Positions 47,793-57,399 of a DNA stretch of 64,000 nt are shown piece after piece (the stretch's first letter is position 1; each line of letters opens with the position of its first letter). The stretch is from an uncultured virus (IMG/VR IMGVR_UViG_3300021142_001411) (lineage: Duplodnaviria > Heunggongvirae > Uroviricota > Caudoviricetes). The position numbers and the translations under genes were made by a program. The stretch is taken from IMG/VR virus record IMGVR_UViG_3300021142_001411, one strand, 5' to 3'. The notes beneath the pieces were generated by a model that worked only from the letters and a program-made list of their open reading frames with translations, was not told where the DNA came from and made no database searches.

Positions 47793-48612
47793 TTACTTTA
47801 TTTTTAATCTTATTTAATGTTATTTTTTTTGTTTTATAATCATTTTCCCATATTATAATAACTTCATACCCATTATCGGTTAATAATTTAACCCGTTGAT
47901 TATCATTTTCCCATATTTCTTTAGCGGTTTTTCTAATTTGTTTATGGTAATAATCGGGATTAAAAAATAATGGATTACAGTGCCAATAATCACCATAACA
48001 TTCAATTAATATTTTATTATTTATTAAAATATCAGGAAATGTTTTTCTCATTTTTAAATCTATAAATCCATTTGAATCAACTGTTAAATTTTTAATTTTT
48101 AATTTTAAAAATTCAAATATTTCTTTTTCAAATTTAGATGTTCTTTTACCAACAAATTTAGACTTACACTCATTTGAACAATAACCTTCATCCTCCCAAT
48201 TTGAACTAATATATACTTTATCACAAGAATTACATTTTCTTTTTATTCTACCTGATAAGTGTTTACATTCATTTGAACAAAATTTAGAAACTTTTCGATA
48301 ATTCCAAGTTTCATATTCTTTACCACAATGATCACATGAAAATTTATTTTTTTTTAATTTTATAGTATTATTATTTTTCTGTTGATTCTTACTTGCACAT
48401 GATATTGAACAAAATCTTCTTTTAGTGTAATTTTGAACCTCAACTTCTTTATCACATTCTTCACATTTAATAATTTTTCTTTTTCTTAATGGATTTAATA
48501 TTGTTGACATTGAATTGATTCTACATTCATTTGAACAATATTTTGAATGATCTCTATTTGTTAAAAATTCTTTATTACATTGTAAGCATATTTTTTCTTG
48601 TTTTTCACACAT
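47764..48612 (-). CDS. Vsr-like endonuclease with CxxC..CSxxC repeats between dUTPase halves
   Basis: FPDI..LIECYGDYWHCNP...IWEND...GYEVIIIWE. Confidence 0.85.
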   Translation of the reverse strand: MCEKQEKICLQCNKEFLTNRDHSKYCSNECRINSMSTILNPLRKRKIIKCEECDKEVEVQNYTKRRFCSISCASKNQQKNNNTIKLKKNKFSCDHCGKEYETWNYRKVSKFCSNECKHLSGRIKRKCNSCDKVYISSNWEDEGYCSNECKSKFVGKRTSKFEKEIFEFLKLKIKNLTVDSNGFIDLKMRKTFPDILINNKILIECYGDYWHCNPLFFNPDYYHKQIRKTAKEIWENDNQRVKLLTDNGYEVIIIWENDYKTKKITLNKIKNKVNEIYQNKKN

Positions 48613-48668
48613 ATAACCACATTCTATTACAATAAATATCCAATAGAATGTAAAAGAATACGATATAT

Positions 48669-49373
48669 TTACATAAATCTTAAGATTTCGTCATTTTCTG
48701 TTAAATCAAAAACTTTTTTCCATCCTGATTTAGTAAAAACTTCTTTTTCATGTGGTAATTCTACAATATCTCCATCTTCTGTGGTAATTCTCAATAAATC
48801 TTTATTTTCTACTATCCACATATCTGTAACCATATCAGTTTCTATTGAATTTAATTCTTCGTTATATGATAAAATTGGTATTGATATATTTTCAAATAAA
48901 TCTTCAACATTAATATCCCCATTAATAGTTTTTATTTTTGTTCCAGATGGAACACAATCTACAACCCCAACTGCGTTACTTAATAATAAATCATATTCTC
49001 TAACAGAAGAACGTGGGAATATCAGTCCAACATATCCTCTAGGTATTTCCATGGCAATACCAAATCCATAAGTCACATCTCCATCAGTTTGATTAATTAT
49101 TTCAGTAATTGTTAAATCCATACCAGCATCACCATCTTTTGAATATGATGGTATAACTGCATTTGGATGTGTTTTTTTAACTTTAATTTCCATTGCTGAT
49201 GAATTTGTTACCATAGTTTTTTGTACGTCAGTATTTAACTTTAATAACAAATCATCTAATTCACTTATAAAACCTAAATCAATTTCTTCATCATCTGATT
49301 TTAATTGACTTTCAAAATTTTGTAACTTACTAATGTAGTCTTTAATCTCTTCTTTTTCCATGTTCTTTTTCAT
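48669..49373 (-). CDS. dut: dUTPase N-terminal fragment with 95-aa N-intein (48672-48956)
   Basis: GDAGMDL, GLIFPRSS, NAVGVVD|CVPSGT. Confidence 0.9.
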   Translation of the reverse strand: MKKNMEKEEIKDYISKLQNFESQLKSDDEEIDLGFISELDDLLLKLNTDVQKTMVTNSSAMEIKVKKTHPNAVIPSYSKDGDAGMDLTITEIINQTDGDVTYGFGIAMEIPRGYVGLIFPRSSVREYDLLLSNAVGVVDCVPSGTKIKTINGDINVEDLFENISIPILSYNEELNSIETDMVTDMWIVENKDLLRITTEDGDIVELPHEKEVFTKSGWKKVFDLTENDEILRFM

Positions 49374-49917
49374 CTATTATTGCCAATTCTATTCCTTGTT
49401 TAACAATATTTGTTAATGCTTCTGAATAGAATTTAGCTTGTTTATCGGTTTCGTCTTTATCCAAATTTACGATTGCTTGGAACTCGATTTCCTTCAATTT
49501 AACACCATAATTAATTGCATAATATGCAGATCTTTCACCTGTTCTTAATGAAACAATATCATCGTTAAATTCATACATTTTACCTAAGTTTTTTCTATGC
49601 CATTCACTTGCATTTGGTTTAAATAAAAAGACTTTACCTATTTGTGAAAGAAATACACACTTAATAATGGATTCTTTATTTTGTCTAATTGTTTCAGGTA
49701 ATAAATCATTAATTTGGACAGCGTATTTACACGCTTTAATCAAATGATTTAATAAACCACCCGGAAAACAACCATACATCTCCAATGTGGGAGATGCTGG
49801 TGAAATATAAAATCCATCACCTAAAAAATCTAATAATTCTGGTGTGAAAATTTCATATTTATTATTTGTTTCAATAAACTTTTGTTTATTTGCATCTAAT
49901 TGTTGTGTTGTTAACAT
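49342..49917 (-). CDS. HD-fold hydrolase-like protein (HD dyad absent)
   Basis: SPAS...FPGGLLNH...FLSQIGK. Confidence 0.55.
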   Translation of the reverse strand: MLTTQQLDANKQKFIETNNKYEIFTPELLDFLGDGFYISPASPTLEMYGCFPGGLLNHLIKACKYAVQINDLLPETIRQNKESIIKCVFLSQIGKVFLFKPNASEWHRKNLGKMYEFNDDIVSLRTGERSAYYAINYGVKLKEIEFQAIVNLDKDETDKQAKFYSEALTNIVKQGIELAIIDEKEHGKRRD

Positions 49918-49924
49918 AATTTTT

Positions 49925-50113
49925 TTATTTAATATAATCCCGATTTTCTTTTTTTGCTAAACTTAATTTTAGTTGTAGATGGTCAATTAATTTTTTGTAA
50001 TTAATTCTGTCAGAATCACTCATTTTTTTAGTATCTAACTCAAATTTTCTTTTAGCAATTAAACCTTCAAGTAATTCAATAAAAGTTATTACTTTAAATT
50101 TTTTTATACCCAT
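49925..50113 (-). CDS. Small hypothetical protein
   Basis: In-operon ORF. Confidence 0.45.
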   Translation of the reverse strand: MGIKKFKVITFIELLEGLIAKRKFELDTKKMSDSDRINYKKLIDHLQLKLSLAKKENRDYIK

Positions 50114-50116
50114 TAA

Positions 50117-50350
50117 TTAACCTTTATAAAATTCGGGAGTATTTTTTTTGTCAATAACACATTCAATTGGTAGTTTAACAATTGATAGAGTTTCGCTTGC
50201 TCTGATATCACCTTCTCTGTATTTTGCGGCAACTAACATTGCTTCCTCAGCAGATTCTGCTTCTAAAGCGTACTTTAATTTTTGAAGACGGTTATTTCCG
50301 TTTCTGTCTACTTGTTCGGTTTCATAACCGATTGTAACTAAATAATGCAT
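50117..50350 (-). CDS. DUF4494-like small protein
   Basis: Y.V..GYE...NG..K.KY..EAES..EA pattern; upstream TTTG..TATATTTG promoter (50371-50402). Confidence 0.55.
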   Translation of the reverse strand: MHYLVTIGYETEQVDRNGNNRLQKLKYALEAESAEEAMLVAAKYREGDIRASETLSIVKLPIECVIDKKNTPEFYKG

Positions 50351-50402
50351 ATTTTATAATTTTAATAAATCAAATATAATCAATATTTTTTGATTTACCA
50401 AA

Positions 50403-52766
50403 TTATTGGGTGATAGTTTTAAAAAACTCCACTCTATCTTTACATACATTCCTCAATGCAAATTTATCTTTAACAGTTTCATAAAGACGATTACCAAGAT
50501 CTTCAATCATATTGGGATTATCCACTAAACGTTTCATATGTTTACCCCAATCTTTATGGTTTCTATTAGGGTCTACTAATAGAGCATTACCTTTATCATT
50601 AAATTTACCACTATCTACCGCAGATATTAAATCCAAATTATATGGTTTAACATTACTAGCAATTAACGCCTTTTTATGGAAACCTGCTTCAATAACCTTT
50701 AATTGTGATTTATTTGCATTAAAATGAGACTCTGCTAATGGTGCTAAAGAAATATCAAAATAGTTATAATTTATGGCATATTTTGCAACATCCAATGTCC
50801 ATCTTCTTCTATATGTTTCATTATCATCTTTATATTCAGGGGATGGTGTAAATGATTTAAGATAAGTTTCGTATGTAGGATTAGTTACTCGATAATTATC
50901 GGTAAATATTTGTTCATACTTATACCAAACTGTTTCTTCTGGTTTTATTGGTCTTTGTGTTACTTGTTTTGTGTCTGGATTAAATTCACTAACAGTACCT
51001 CTAGTATCAAATCCACATAGTACAAATTGAGTATTTTCAGGTTTTTCATGTTGGATACTTGAAATACCATTTCTAAGTAATTCTAGGTCATGTAAGTGAC
51101 TATTACCTATCCAAAATGGTTTACCATTTCTTCTAACATAAATAATGTGATTAGTAACCTCAACACAATAAACAAATCCATTGTAGTATCTTTGATATTG
51201 TTCATTACTTTTTACTAATGGTGTTGATTTATTATGTTTACTAATATTTGGATTTTTTGAAAAATTAATTTGATAACTATCAAATTGATTTATAATTTGT
51301 CTACCTTTAATATATGATGTTCTTTTACCTCTATTTTTAATCGTACTTGGTAAACCAATTTTTAATGATATTTCTTGTAAATCGTCAATTAATGATTTAG
51401 AACTACTCCACGCTCTTTTTCTTTTATAAATATTATTTTCAATATTACCATCACCATTTATAAACCATTCTAAAAATATATTTAATTGTCTACTAGATAA
51501 TTCTTTTAAATCTTTTGGAATAAATTTATCATTTGCATAACCAAATTGTGAAAGATAATACCATAATTGTTTATCAAATATACGAATTTGTTTTTTATCT
51601 TTACTATATATTGGTTTAAATCCCATTTTTTCCAATAAATTAAACATCGTTTCAAGATAATTATTATCTTTAATTTGTGCAATACCAACCTGGTGTAAAC
51701 CTTTAGTTTTACTTGTCCAACCTTCTGCCATCCAAAAACCAAAAAATTTTAACCAATCATCCATTTCAAATTCTTTTTCATTTCCATATTTATTAAATAA
51801 ACGTGTTGTTTTAATAAATTTTTTAGATATGATATTATCTATTTCAGATGTTTCCAATTCTAATTCTTCATAAAATTCAATGCTAGGTAATGTAAAAAAT
51901 TCTTTTTCAATACCATTCCATATAGCATCTCTTTTAACGTGGAAATTTTTTCCATGTATTTTTTCCGATTGTACTAACCCCAAATTTAATTTTTTATGAC
52001 CCAAATGTTTTATTTCAGACGCATACATATTATGATTTGGTGTTACTTCGTACTCAATTAATTTATTTTTACCACAATTTAAATTACCTTTAAATGGTTC
52101 ACAAATATATCCAGATGGTTTATGATATTCAATTTCATTTGTATTTGGATTTAATGTTGCAACTTTTTCAGTTTTATCTAATTGATCAAATCTTATCCAA
52201 CCATTATCTGTTAATATTTCTGTATCAGGTGTCATACAACTTCCCCCTAACCATCCGAATCTAATTTTATCAGATTTAAATGGTTTTGGTTGGAATTGTG
52301 GTTCTTCATCATTAACCGCATTTGGAAATATTGTTGTATTTTTTAACCCTAATTTTTCTTTAATTGTATTTGCAAATATAGTTGTTGTTGTGGTAATATG
52401 GTCAACCAATCTTAACATCTCAATTTTTTTCTCACCAATTTTATGTTCTTTAACTTGGTGGTACATTGGGTGTCTCATATCAACAAACCAAAGGTCATCA
52501 ATATCCATTACTGTTTTAATTCCCTTTTCTTTTAACCATTTAATACGAGCAATATTTGCTTCATGGGTTGTAGGTACAACAAAACTATGGAAAACAACTA
52601 CATTATAATCTTTGAAGAAATCATCATTATCTTCAGGATTAAAAGAAATATCTACATGTATTTCATCTGAGTAGTTATCACCAATATATCTAAATGGATC
52701 TAAAATTCTAAATTTACCTACACCGAATTTATCTGATGGGATTGCTAATATCTTTATTTTTGACAT
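50403..52766 (-). CDS. GT-B glycosyltransferase with intein
   Basis: MDIDDLW, FPNA, RFGWLGGS|SHLHDL, DISLAPL..FNANKSQLKVIEAG. Confidence 0.85.
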   Translation of the reverse strand: MSKIKILAIPSDKFGVGKFRILDPFRYIGDNYSDEIHVDISFNPEDNDDFFKDYNVVVFHSFVVPTTHEANIARIKWLKEKGIKTVMDIDDLWFVDMRHPMYHQVKEHKIGEKKIEMLRLVDHITTTTTIFANTIKEKLGLKNTTIFPNAVNDEEPQFQPKPFKSDKIRFGWLGGSCMTPDTEILTDNGWIRFDQLDKTEKVATLNPNTNEIEYHKPSGYICEPFKGNLNCGKNKLIEYEVTPNHNMYASEIKHLGHKKLNLGLVQSEKIHGKNFHVKRDAIWNGIEKEFFTLPSIEFYEELELETSEIDNIISKKFIKTTRLFNKYGNEKEFEMDDWLKFFGFWMAEGWTSKTKGLHQVGIAQIKDNNYLETMFNLLEKMGFKPIYSKDKKQIRIFDKQLWYYLSQFGYANDKFIPKDLKELSSRQLNIFLEWFINGDGNIENNIYKRKRAWSSSKSLIDDLQEISLKIGLPSTIKNRGKRTSYIKGRQIINQFDSYQINFSKNPNISKHNKSTPLVKSNEQYQRYYNGFVYCVEVTNHIIYVRRNGKPFWIGNSHLHDLELLRNGISSIQHEKPENTQFVLCGFDTRGTVSEFNPDTKQVTQRPIKPEETVWYKYEQIFTDNYRVTNPTYETYLKSFTPSPEYKDDNETYRRRWTLDVAKYAINYNYFDISLAPLAESHFNANKSQLKVIEAGFHKKALIASNVKPYNLDLISAVDSGKFNDKGNALLVDPNRNHKDWGKHMKRLVDNPNMIEDLGNRLYETVKDKFALRNVCKDRVEFFKTITQ
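51102..52238 (-). mobile_element. LAGLIDADG intein (379 aa) ending Gly-Asn
   Basis: S|CMTPDT...VTPNH...GFWMAEG...YVRRNGKPFWIGN|S. Confidence 0.88.
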
Positions 52767-52816
52767 AAAATTTGTTTATACGTCAATAATAATATATATA
52801 ATCCAAAAAGAAAAGG

Positions 52817-53563
52817 TTATTTCGCCTTGTTAACTTTAGTAATTTTTCCTGAAAATACTGAATCACCAACTTTAACAACTAAATTTTCATTTATTGAAGT
52901 TGTTTTTTGTGCGGTCAATAATTGATTTAATTTTTCATCCATTATTTTACGAATAGTATTTTCAATGATAGGTGTTAACGCAGTTATAATTTCATTAACA
53001 TCTTGTTTTGAATGAATTACTTGTGTTTGTTGTGGTCTTGATGATGTTTTTGATTTACTTGGTCCAACACCTTCTTGTTCCATTAATTTTCTTGCTTTAT
53101 TAACAAAATTAATATCAAGTGAATCTGCCAATGATATTTGTTGTGGTTGTTGTATAGGATGTTCTATCATTAGTTTTTTTATATTTTCTGGTAGTTTAGT
53201 GTTTTGTATTCTATTAACGTCTAAAACATTTGAGCTAACTGGTCTTGTTGGGGCTGGTCTTGATTCTTCCATCATACCCATCATATCATATCCACCCATT
53301 TGTTGTGGCATATGTCTTTGTTGTGGTACCATTCTTTGTTGTGGTACCATTCTTTGTTGTGGTACCATTCTTTGTTGTGGCATCATTGGTTGGTTCATAC
53401 CCATTCCACTTGAAGCTAATTCTTCAGGTGCAGATCTTAAAACTTGTTCATTTACATTGCCAGTTTCATAATCACCATTATCCACTTTATTCATTATTTT
53501 TTTTGCTTGTACTAATCTCATCATTAAATCATTTTCTGAGATTACTCCATTTCCTTGTTGCAT
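52817..53563 (-). CDS. Hypothetical protein with (MVPQQR)n tandem repeat
   Basis: 18-nt units ttgttgtggtaccattct around 53300-53380. Confidence 0.7.
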   Translation of the reverse strand: MQQGNGVISENDLMMRLVQAKKIMNKVDNGDYETGNVNEQVLRSAPEELASSGMGMNQPMMPQQRMVPQQRMVPQQRMVPQQRHMPQQMGGYDMMGMMEESRPAPTRPVSSNVLDVNRIQNTKLPENIKKLMIEHPIQQPQQISLADSLDINFVNKARKLMEQEGVGPSKSKTSSRPQQTQVIHSKQDVNEIITALTPIIENTIRKIMDEKLNQLLTAQKTTSINENLVVKVGDSVFSGKITKVNKAK

Positions 53564-53594
53564 ATTTAATATATTTTATTAATTATAATTATTA

Positions 53595-54320
53595 TTATGA
53601 TAACATTAAAGTTTTAATTCTTTTAATATTTTCTTTTAATGTTTCATCTTCTGGATTTTCTTCCGGTTTTTCTTCGGGTTTTGGTTGTGGTAATTCAGTA
53701 GATGGTTTTATTTCTTTATTTGGTTCAACCGGAGTTGGTTCAGGTTTCACCTCTGGTTTTGGTTGAGGTAATTCTGTTGGTTTAGTTGGTTCAACAGGGG
53801 GTTTTACTTCGGGTTTTGGTTGAGGTAATTCCGGTTCAACTTTTTTAATTGGTTCTTTTATAGGTTTTGGTTTTGGTTCTTTTTTAACCGGTGTTGTTGT
53901 ATCCCAATTTGATTTAACATACGTAACTCTCATTCCACCATATCTTGGAGTTTCATCACCTTCTTTATAACCTGGTCTTTTTTCATTGAATTGGGTATTA
54001 TTATTAACTTGAACATTACTCATTCTACTAACCATAAATGTTCTCCATCCGTGTTCATTAAAACCTTTTTTTGAAACAGAAGGTGGTTGTACATACGCTC
54101 TAATCACTAAATTACCTTTACTATTAACACCCATAGCAACCGCCTCTGCGTTAATCCTTTTTCCTTGTTTAACACTTTTTTCTTTTGGTTTTTTTGGACC
54201 TGTATAATAAAAGGTAATAGGATTCCTATTAACAATTGCATCGACAATTGGTTTACTTTGTCTTGTTTTAAGAACATTTTGTTCTTCAAGTATTTTAAAA
54301 AATAATTTAGTTAATTTCAT
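53595..54320 (-). CDS. WYL-like domain protein with Pro-rich tail
   Basis: AI.NR.PITFYY...R...A.G......IRAY...WRTFMVSRM. Confidence 0.6.
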   Translation of the reverse strand: MKLTKLFFKILEEQNVLKTRQSKPIVDAIVNRNPITFYYTGPKKPKEKSVKQGKRINAEAVAMGVNSKGNLVIRAYVQPPSVSKKGFNEHGWRTFMVSRMSNVQVNNNTQFNEKRPGYKEGDETPRYGGMRVTYVKSNWDTTTPVKKEPKPKPIKEPIKKVEPELPQPKPEVKPPVEPTKPTELPQPKPEVKPEPTPVEPNKEIKPSTELPQPKPEEKPEENPEDETLKENIKRIKTLMLS

Positions 54321-54321
54321 A

Positions 54322-54765
54322 TTAAAAATCAGGATATGTTTTTTTTCCATTATATTTATTCGATGCAATTTCATTATTTCTATTATTTATGTCAAGTGGA
54401 GTTACTGCTTGATCATTATTTAATGTTGAATAAGCATCATTGGAGTTATACTGATTAGTTGCATTATATGTATTGATTGCTTCTTCTGTGGTTCTATTAG
54501 TAATATCCAGTGGAGTTACCGCCAAATCTTTATTTATTACTGAATAAGCAACATTAGAACCATATGGTTTATTAGGACCATATGTGTTAATTGACTGTTC
54601 AGTATTTCTATTATTAATATCAACGGGTGTTACTGCTTGATCATTATGTAGTGATGAGTATGCGTCATTACTATCATAAATTGAACTTGGGTTATACTTA
54701 TTTACCGCAATTTCTGTCGGTCTTAATTCATTTGCAATTGCTTCTAATGGTGAAATATTTGGCAT
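54322..54765 (-). CDS. Repeat protein (~37-aa units)
   Basis: AYS...DxAVTP(V/L)DIxNR..E...N.Y repeated three times. Confidence 0.65.
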   Translation of the reverse strand: MPNISPLEAIANELRPTEIAVNKYNPSSIYDSNDAYSSLHNDQAVTPVDINNRNTEQSINTYGPNKPYGSNVAYSVINKDLAVTPLDITNRTTEEAINTYNATNQYNSNDAYSTLNNDQAVTPLDINNRNNEIASNKYNGKKTYPDF

Positions 54766-54766
54766 G

Positions 54767-55264
54767 TTAATATGTTATTAATTTTTTTATTTTTTCAATT
54801 TCCTCAAATAAACCTAATGAAACTATTGGGGATATTGATGATTTATGTGAATTACTTTTAATCAAATTTGTTGGTACAGTAAATCCAAATTTTTTTGTAT
54901 GTTTTTTTAAATATGAATTTTTTCTTTCTCCAGTAATTGCTGACATTTCATCAGCATCTTTTCTTCCTTCTTTCCTATTATCAATTAAATCGCGTTCACC
55001 TTGTAAATGTTTTTTTGACCAATTATCCATTAATTGACCACCATAAAGATTATATCTAACTCTATCTTTAATTTTATCAATAGTTTGTAAATCATGGATA
55101 ATTCTTTTTAATTGTCCATAAGTTACTTTTTTATCGTTTAATATATTTTGAGCACGTTGAACACCATGTGTATTCTTATCTTGTAAACCAGTTATTGTAT
55201 GGTTAATTAGATTAAGAATATCTTGTGGGACATCAAAAACTCTATCTTTTAATTCTCTATTCAT
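54767..55264 (-). CDS. Hypothetical protein
   Basis: Coupled ORF; ends LFEEIEKIKKLI. Confidence 0.6.
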   Translation of the reverse strand: MNRELKDRVFDVPQDILNLINHTITGLQDKNTHGVQRAQNILNDKKVTYGQLKRIIHDLQTIDKIKDRVRYNLYGGQLMDNWSKKHLQGERDLIDNRKEGRKDADEMSAITGERKNSYLKKHTKKFGFTVPTNLIKSNSHKSSISPIVSLGLFEEIEKIKKLITY

Positions 55265-56010
55265 TATTTTAAATGTTTCAAAATATCCTTTAATGATAAA
55301 TTGTGACTATCCAAACTATTTTTTAATGATTTTAATTGTTTTAAAACAATTGGGTTAATTTCTTTTTCTTCATCCAAATCATTATCAAGAATATCATTTG
55401 GATCATTTTTTCTTGATAAGATACTTTCAAGATATTCTTCCATGAATTTTTTAGGATTTTCAACTAATCTAATTTTATCATCAGGTAGTTTTTGATCATA
55501 ACCCATTTGACCTAATCTTTCAATAGCTTCTTCATGTGTTAAACCTAATTCTTTTGTAAAATGTCTATAAGCTTCTTTAAAACTTTCATCATCACCTAAA
55601 GTATCTTCATAACCTAAAGATTTACTCAAATCTGCTTCTGACATACCAAAATATTTCATTGACACAGCACCATATGCACTAGATGACCCCATTTGTCCTG
55701 TTGACATTTTAACGACTTCATCAGTAGTTTTATTGTCTGTAACACCTTTGGTATTGAAATCTGTTGGTTTTTTACCTCTAGCAATGTTTCCTTCATCATC
55801 AACGATTTCATCAACCTCTTTTTTAGGTTTTTTAACTTTTTTTGGTAAATGTTTAAAATCTGTTTTATCTGAAAATTCATGAGCCATTTTACCCCATTTT
55901 TTCCTTTCTTTTGGTGAGGTTGATTTATCTCCCGCTTTTGCATAGAAAAATTTTTGTTGTGCTTTTGACACAAATTTCTCTTCTATTATCTGTTTTATAA
56001 AATTATTCAT
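55264..56010 (-). CDS. Hypothetical protein
   Basis: F.SKAQQKFFYAK...EF...TDFK.LP module. Confidence 0.6.
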   Translation of the reverse strand: MNNFIKQIIEEKFVSKAQQKFFYAKAGDKSTSPKERKKWGKMAHEFSDKTDFKHLPKKVKKPKKEVDEIVDDEGNIARGKKPTDFNTKGVTDNKTTDEVVKMSTGQMGSSSAYGAVSMKYFGMSEADLSKSLGYEDTLGDDESFKEAYRHFTKELGLTHEEAIERLGQMGYDQKLPDDKIRLVENPKKFMEEYLESILSRKNDPNDILDNDLDEEKEINPIVLKQLKSLKNSLDSHNLSLKDILKHLK

Positions 56011-56063
56011 TAAATATTGCTTTTATATAAATATCAAAAGTTATTAAAGATATTTATATAATT

Positions 56064-57380
56064 ATGGCAAGTCAAAATATTTTTAATTATTATGGTATTA
56101 AATTAGATGGTAAGGTGGATTTTTCTGAGGTATATGACTATGAAATCACAAAAAATGATTTAGATTATAATTCAGATGTTATCCAATTTAATTACGATAT
56201 CACATATACATCTCTTACAATAAATAGTGGTTTAAGTGGATTTACTTGTGTTAGAGACTCTATTACAATTAGTGATGGTACAAGTAATTATACCTTTGAT
56301 TACAATGATTTTATTAATTTTTTTGGTGATCAATATGAATATATAATATTAAATAATGATGTTTATGTCAATTTAGATGGTATTACATATTATAATATTA
56401 TTAGTTATAATGATATTATTAACACCCCTTCTTCATGGTTAATAAATAATTTATCAGGGTCAACAATAGAATGCGAAAGTAAAATAACCAATTCATCAAA
56501 TTGTTGTCCACCTTCTCCACAATTGGAAAATAAACCTTGGGCTTATAAATTTAATACCGGTGGTGGAAATGATTATTGTTCACCATATATTAAAAGAAGA
56601 ACAGAAAAAGGTTGGACTTTAGATTTTATTTTTAATAGAGAACATAGTGGTTGGACTGAAGGTTCTGTTTTTTATTATATTGGTGTAAGAGGTGAAGATA
56701 ATGTTGCAAATTATGCAGATAATAACTTATCTTTTCAATTTACACCTGATGGTAGAATAAAATTTATTTCTGTTAGATATTCTGGTGTTTGTGACCCGGT
56801 ATCAGGTTATAGTGATGGTTATTATATTGAAAGTGGTCAAACCCCAACTTTATGTACAACAGGTGATACAAAAGATTTTAATGTAACTATTGTATTTGAT
56901 AGAGATTATAGATTAACAGATTGTAATATTGAAAATGATGGTGGTTGGAATGATCTAATTGAGGAATATGTAATAACACCATTAGACACAACTGATTCTG
57001 AAATAACATCAACTCAAATTGCAACATTTAATACATATGAGATTTTGAATAAAAAATGGGAATCAGAAATAAAACAAAGATTGGGAACATTGAAAATATA
57101 TTTAAATGGTAATCCAATTTATAAAATAAAAGAATGGGAAGAGATTATACCATCAACAAGGGGAACTCAACCATTTATTCAATCTTGGGGTGGTGGAACA
57201 GGTTTAATGGGTGGTATTCATGAAGGTACATGTTGTTTTGATATAAAAAGTATTAAATATTATGAAGAACCTCTAGATTATTTTCATGTTAGACATAATT
57301 TCCTAATGTCATTAAAAAGTGGTGATTATGATTATTTCATATGTGGAAATAATTGTGTGGATAATGTAACCGCATTATAA
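56064..57380 (+). CDS. Putative structural protein (LamG-like beta-rich C-terminus)
   Basis: GTLKIYLNG...IKSIKYYEEPL..VRHNF. Confidence 0.5.
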   Translation: MASQNIFNYYGIKLDGKVDFSEVYDYEITKNDLDYNSDVIQFNYDITYTSLTINSGLSGFTCVRDSITISDGTSNYTFDYNDFINFFGDQYEYIILNNDVYVNLDGITYYNIISYNDIINTPSSWLINNLSGSTIECESKITNSSNCCPPSPQLENKPWAYKFNTGGGNDYCSPYIKRRTEKGWTLDFIFNREHSGWTEGSVFYYIGVRGEDNVANYADNNLSFQFTPDGRIKFISVRYSGVCDPVSGYSDGYYIESGQTPTLCTTGDTKDFNVTIVFDRDYRLTDCNIENDGGWNDLIEEYVITPLDTTDSEITSTQIATFNTYEILNKKWESEIKQRLGTLKIYLNGNPIYKIKEWEEIIPSTRGTQPFIQSWGGGTGLMGGIHEGTCCFDIKSIKYYEEPLDYFHVRHNFLMSLKSGDYDYFICGNNCVDNVTAL

Positions 57381-57399
57381 AAAAATAATATTTATTAAT

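Noticed and set aside
53300..53380. 18-nt tandem repeats as a CRISPR or contingency locus
   Set aside because: Multiple of three, encodes MVPQQR in a low-complexity linker.
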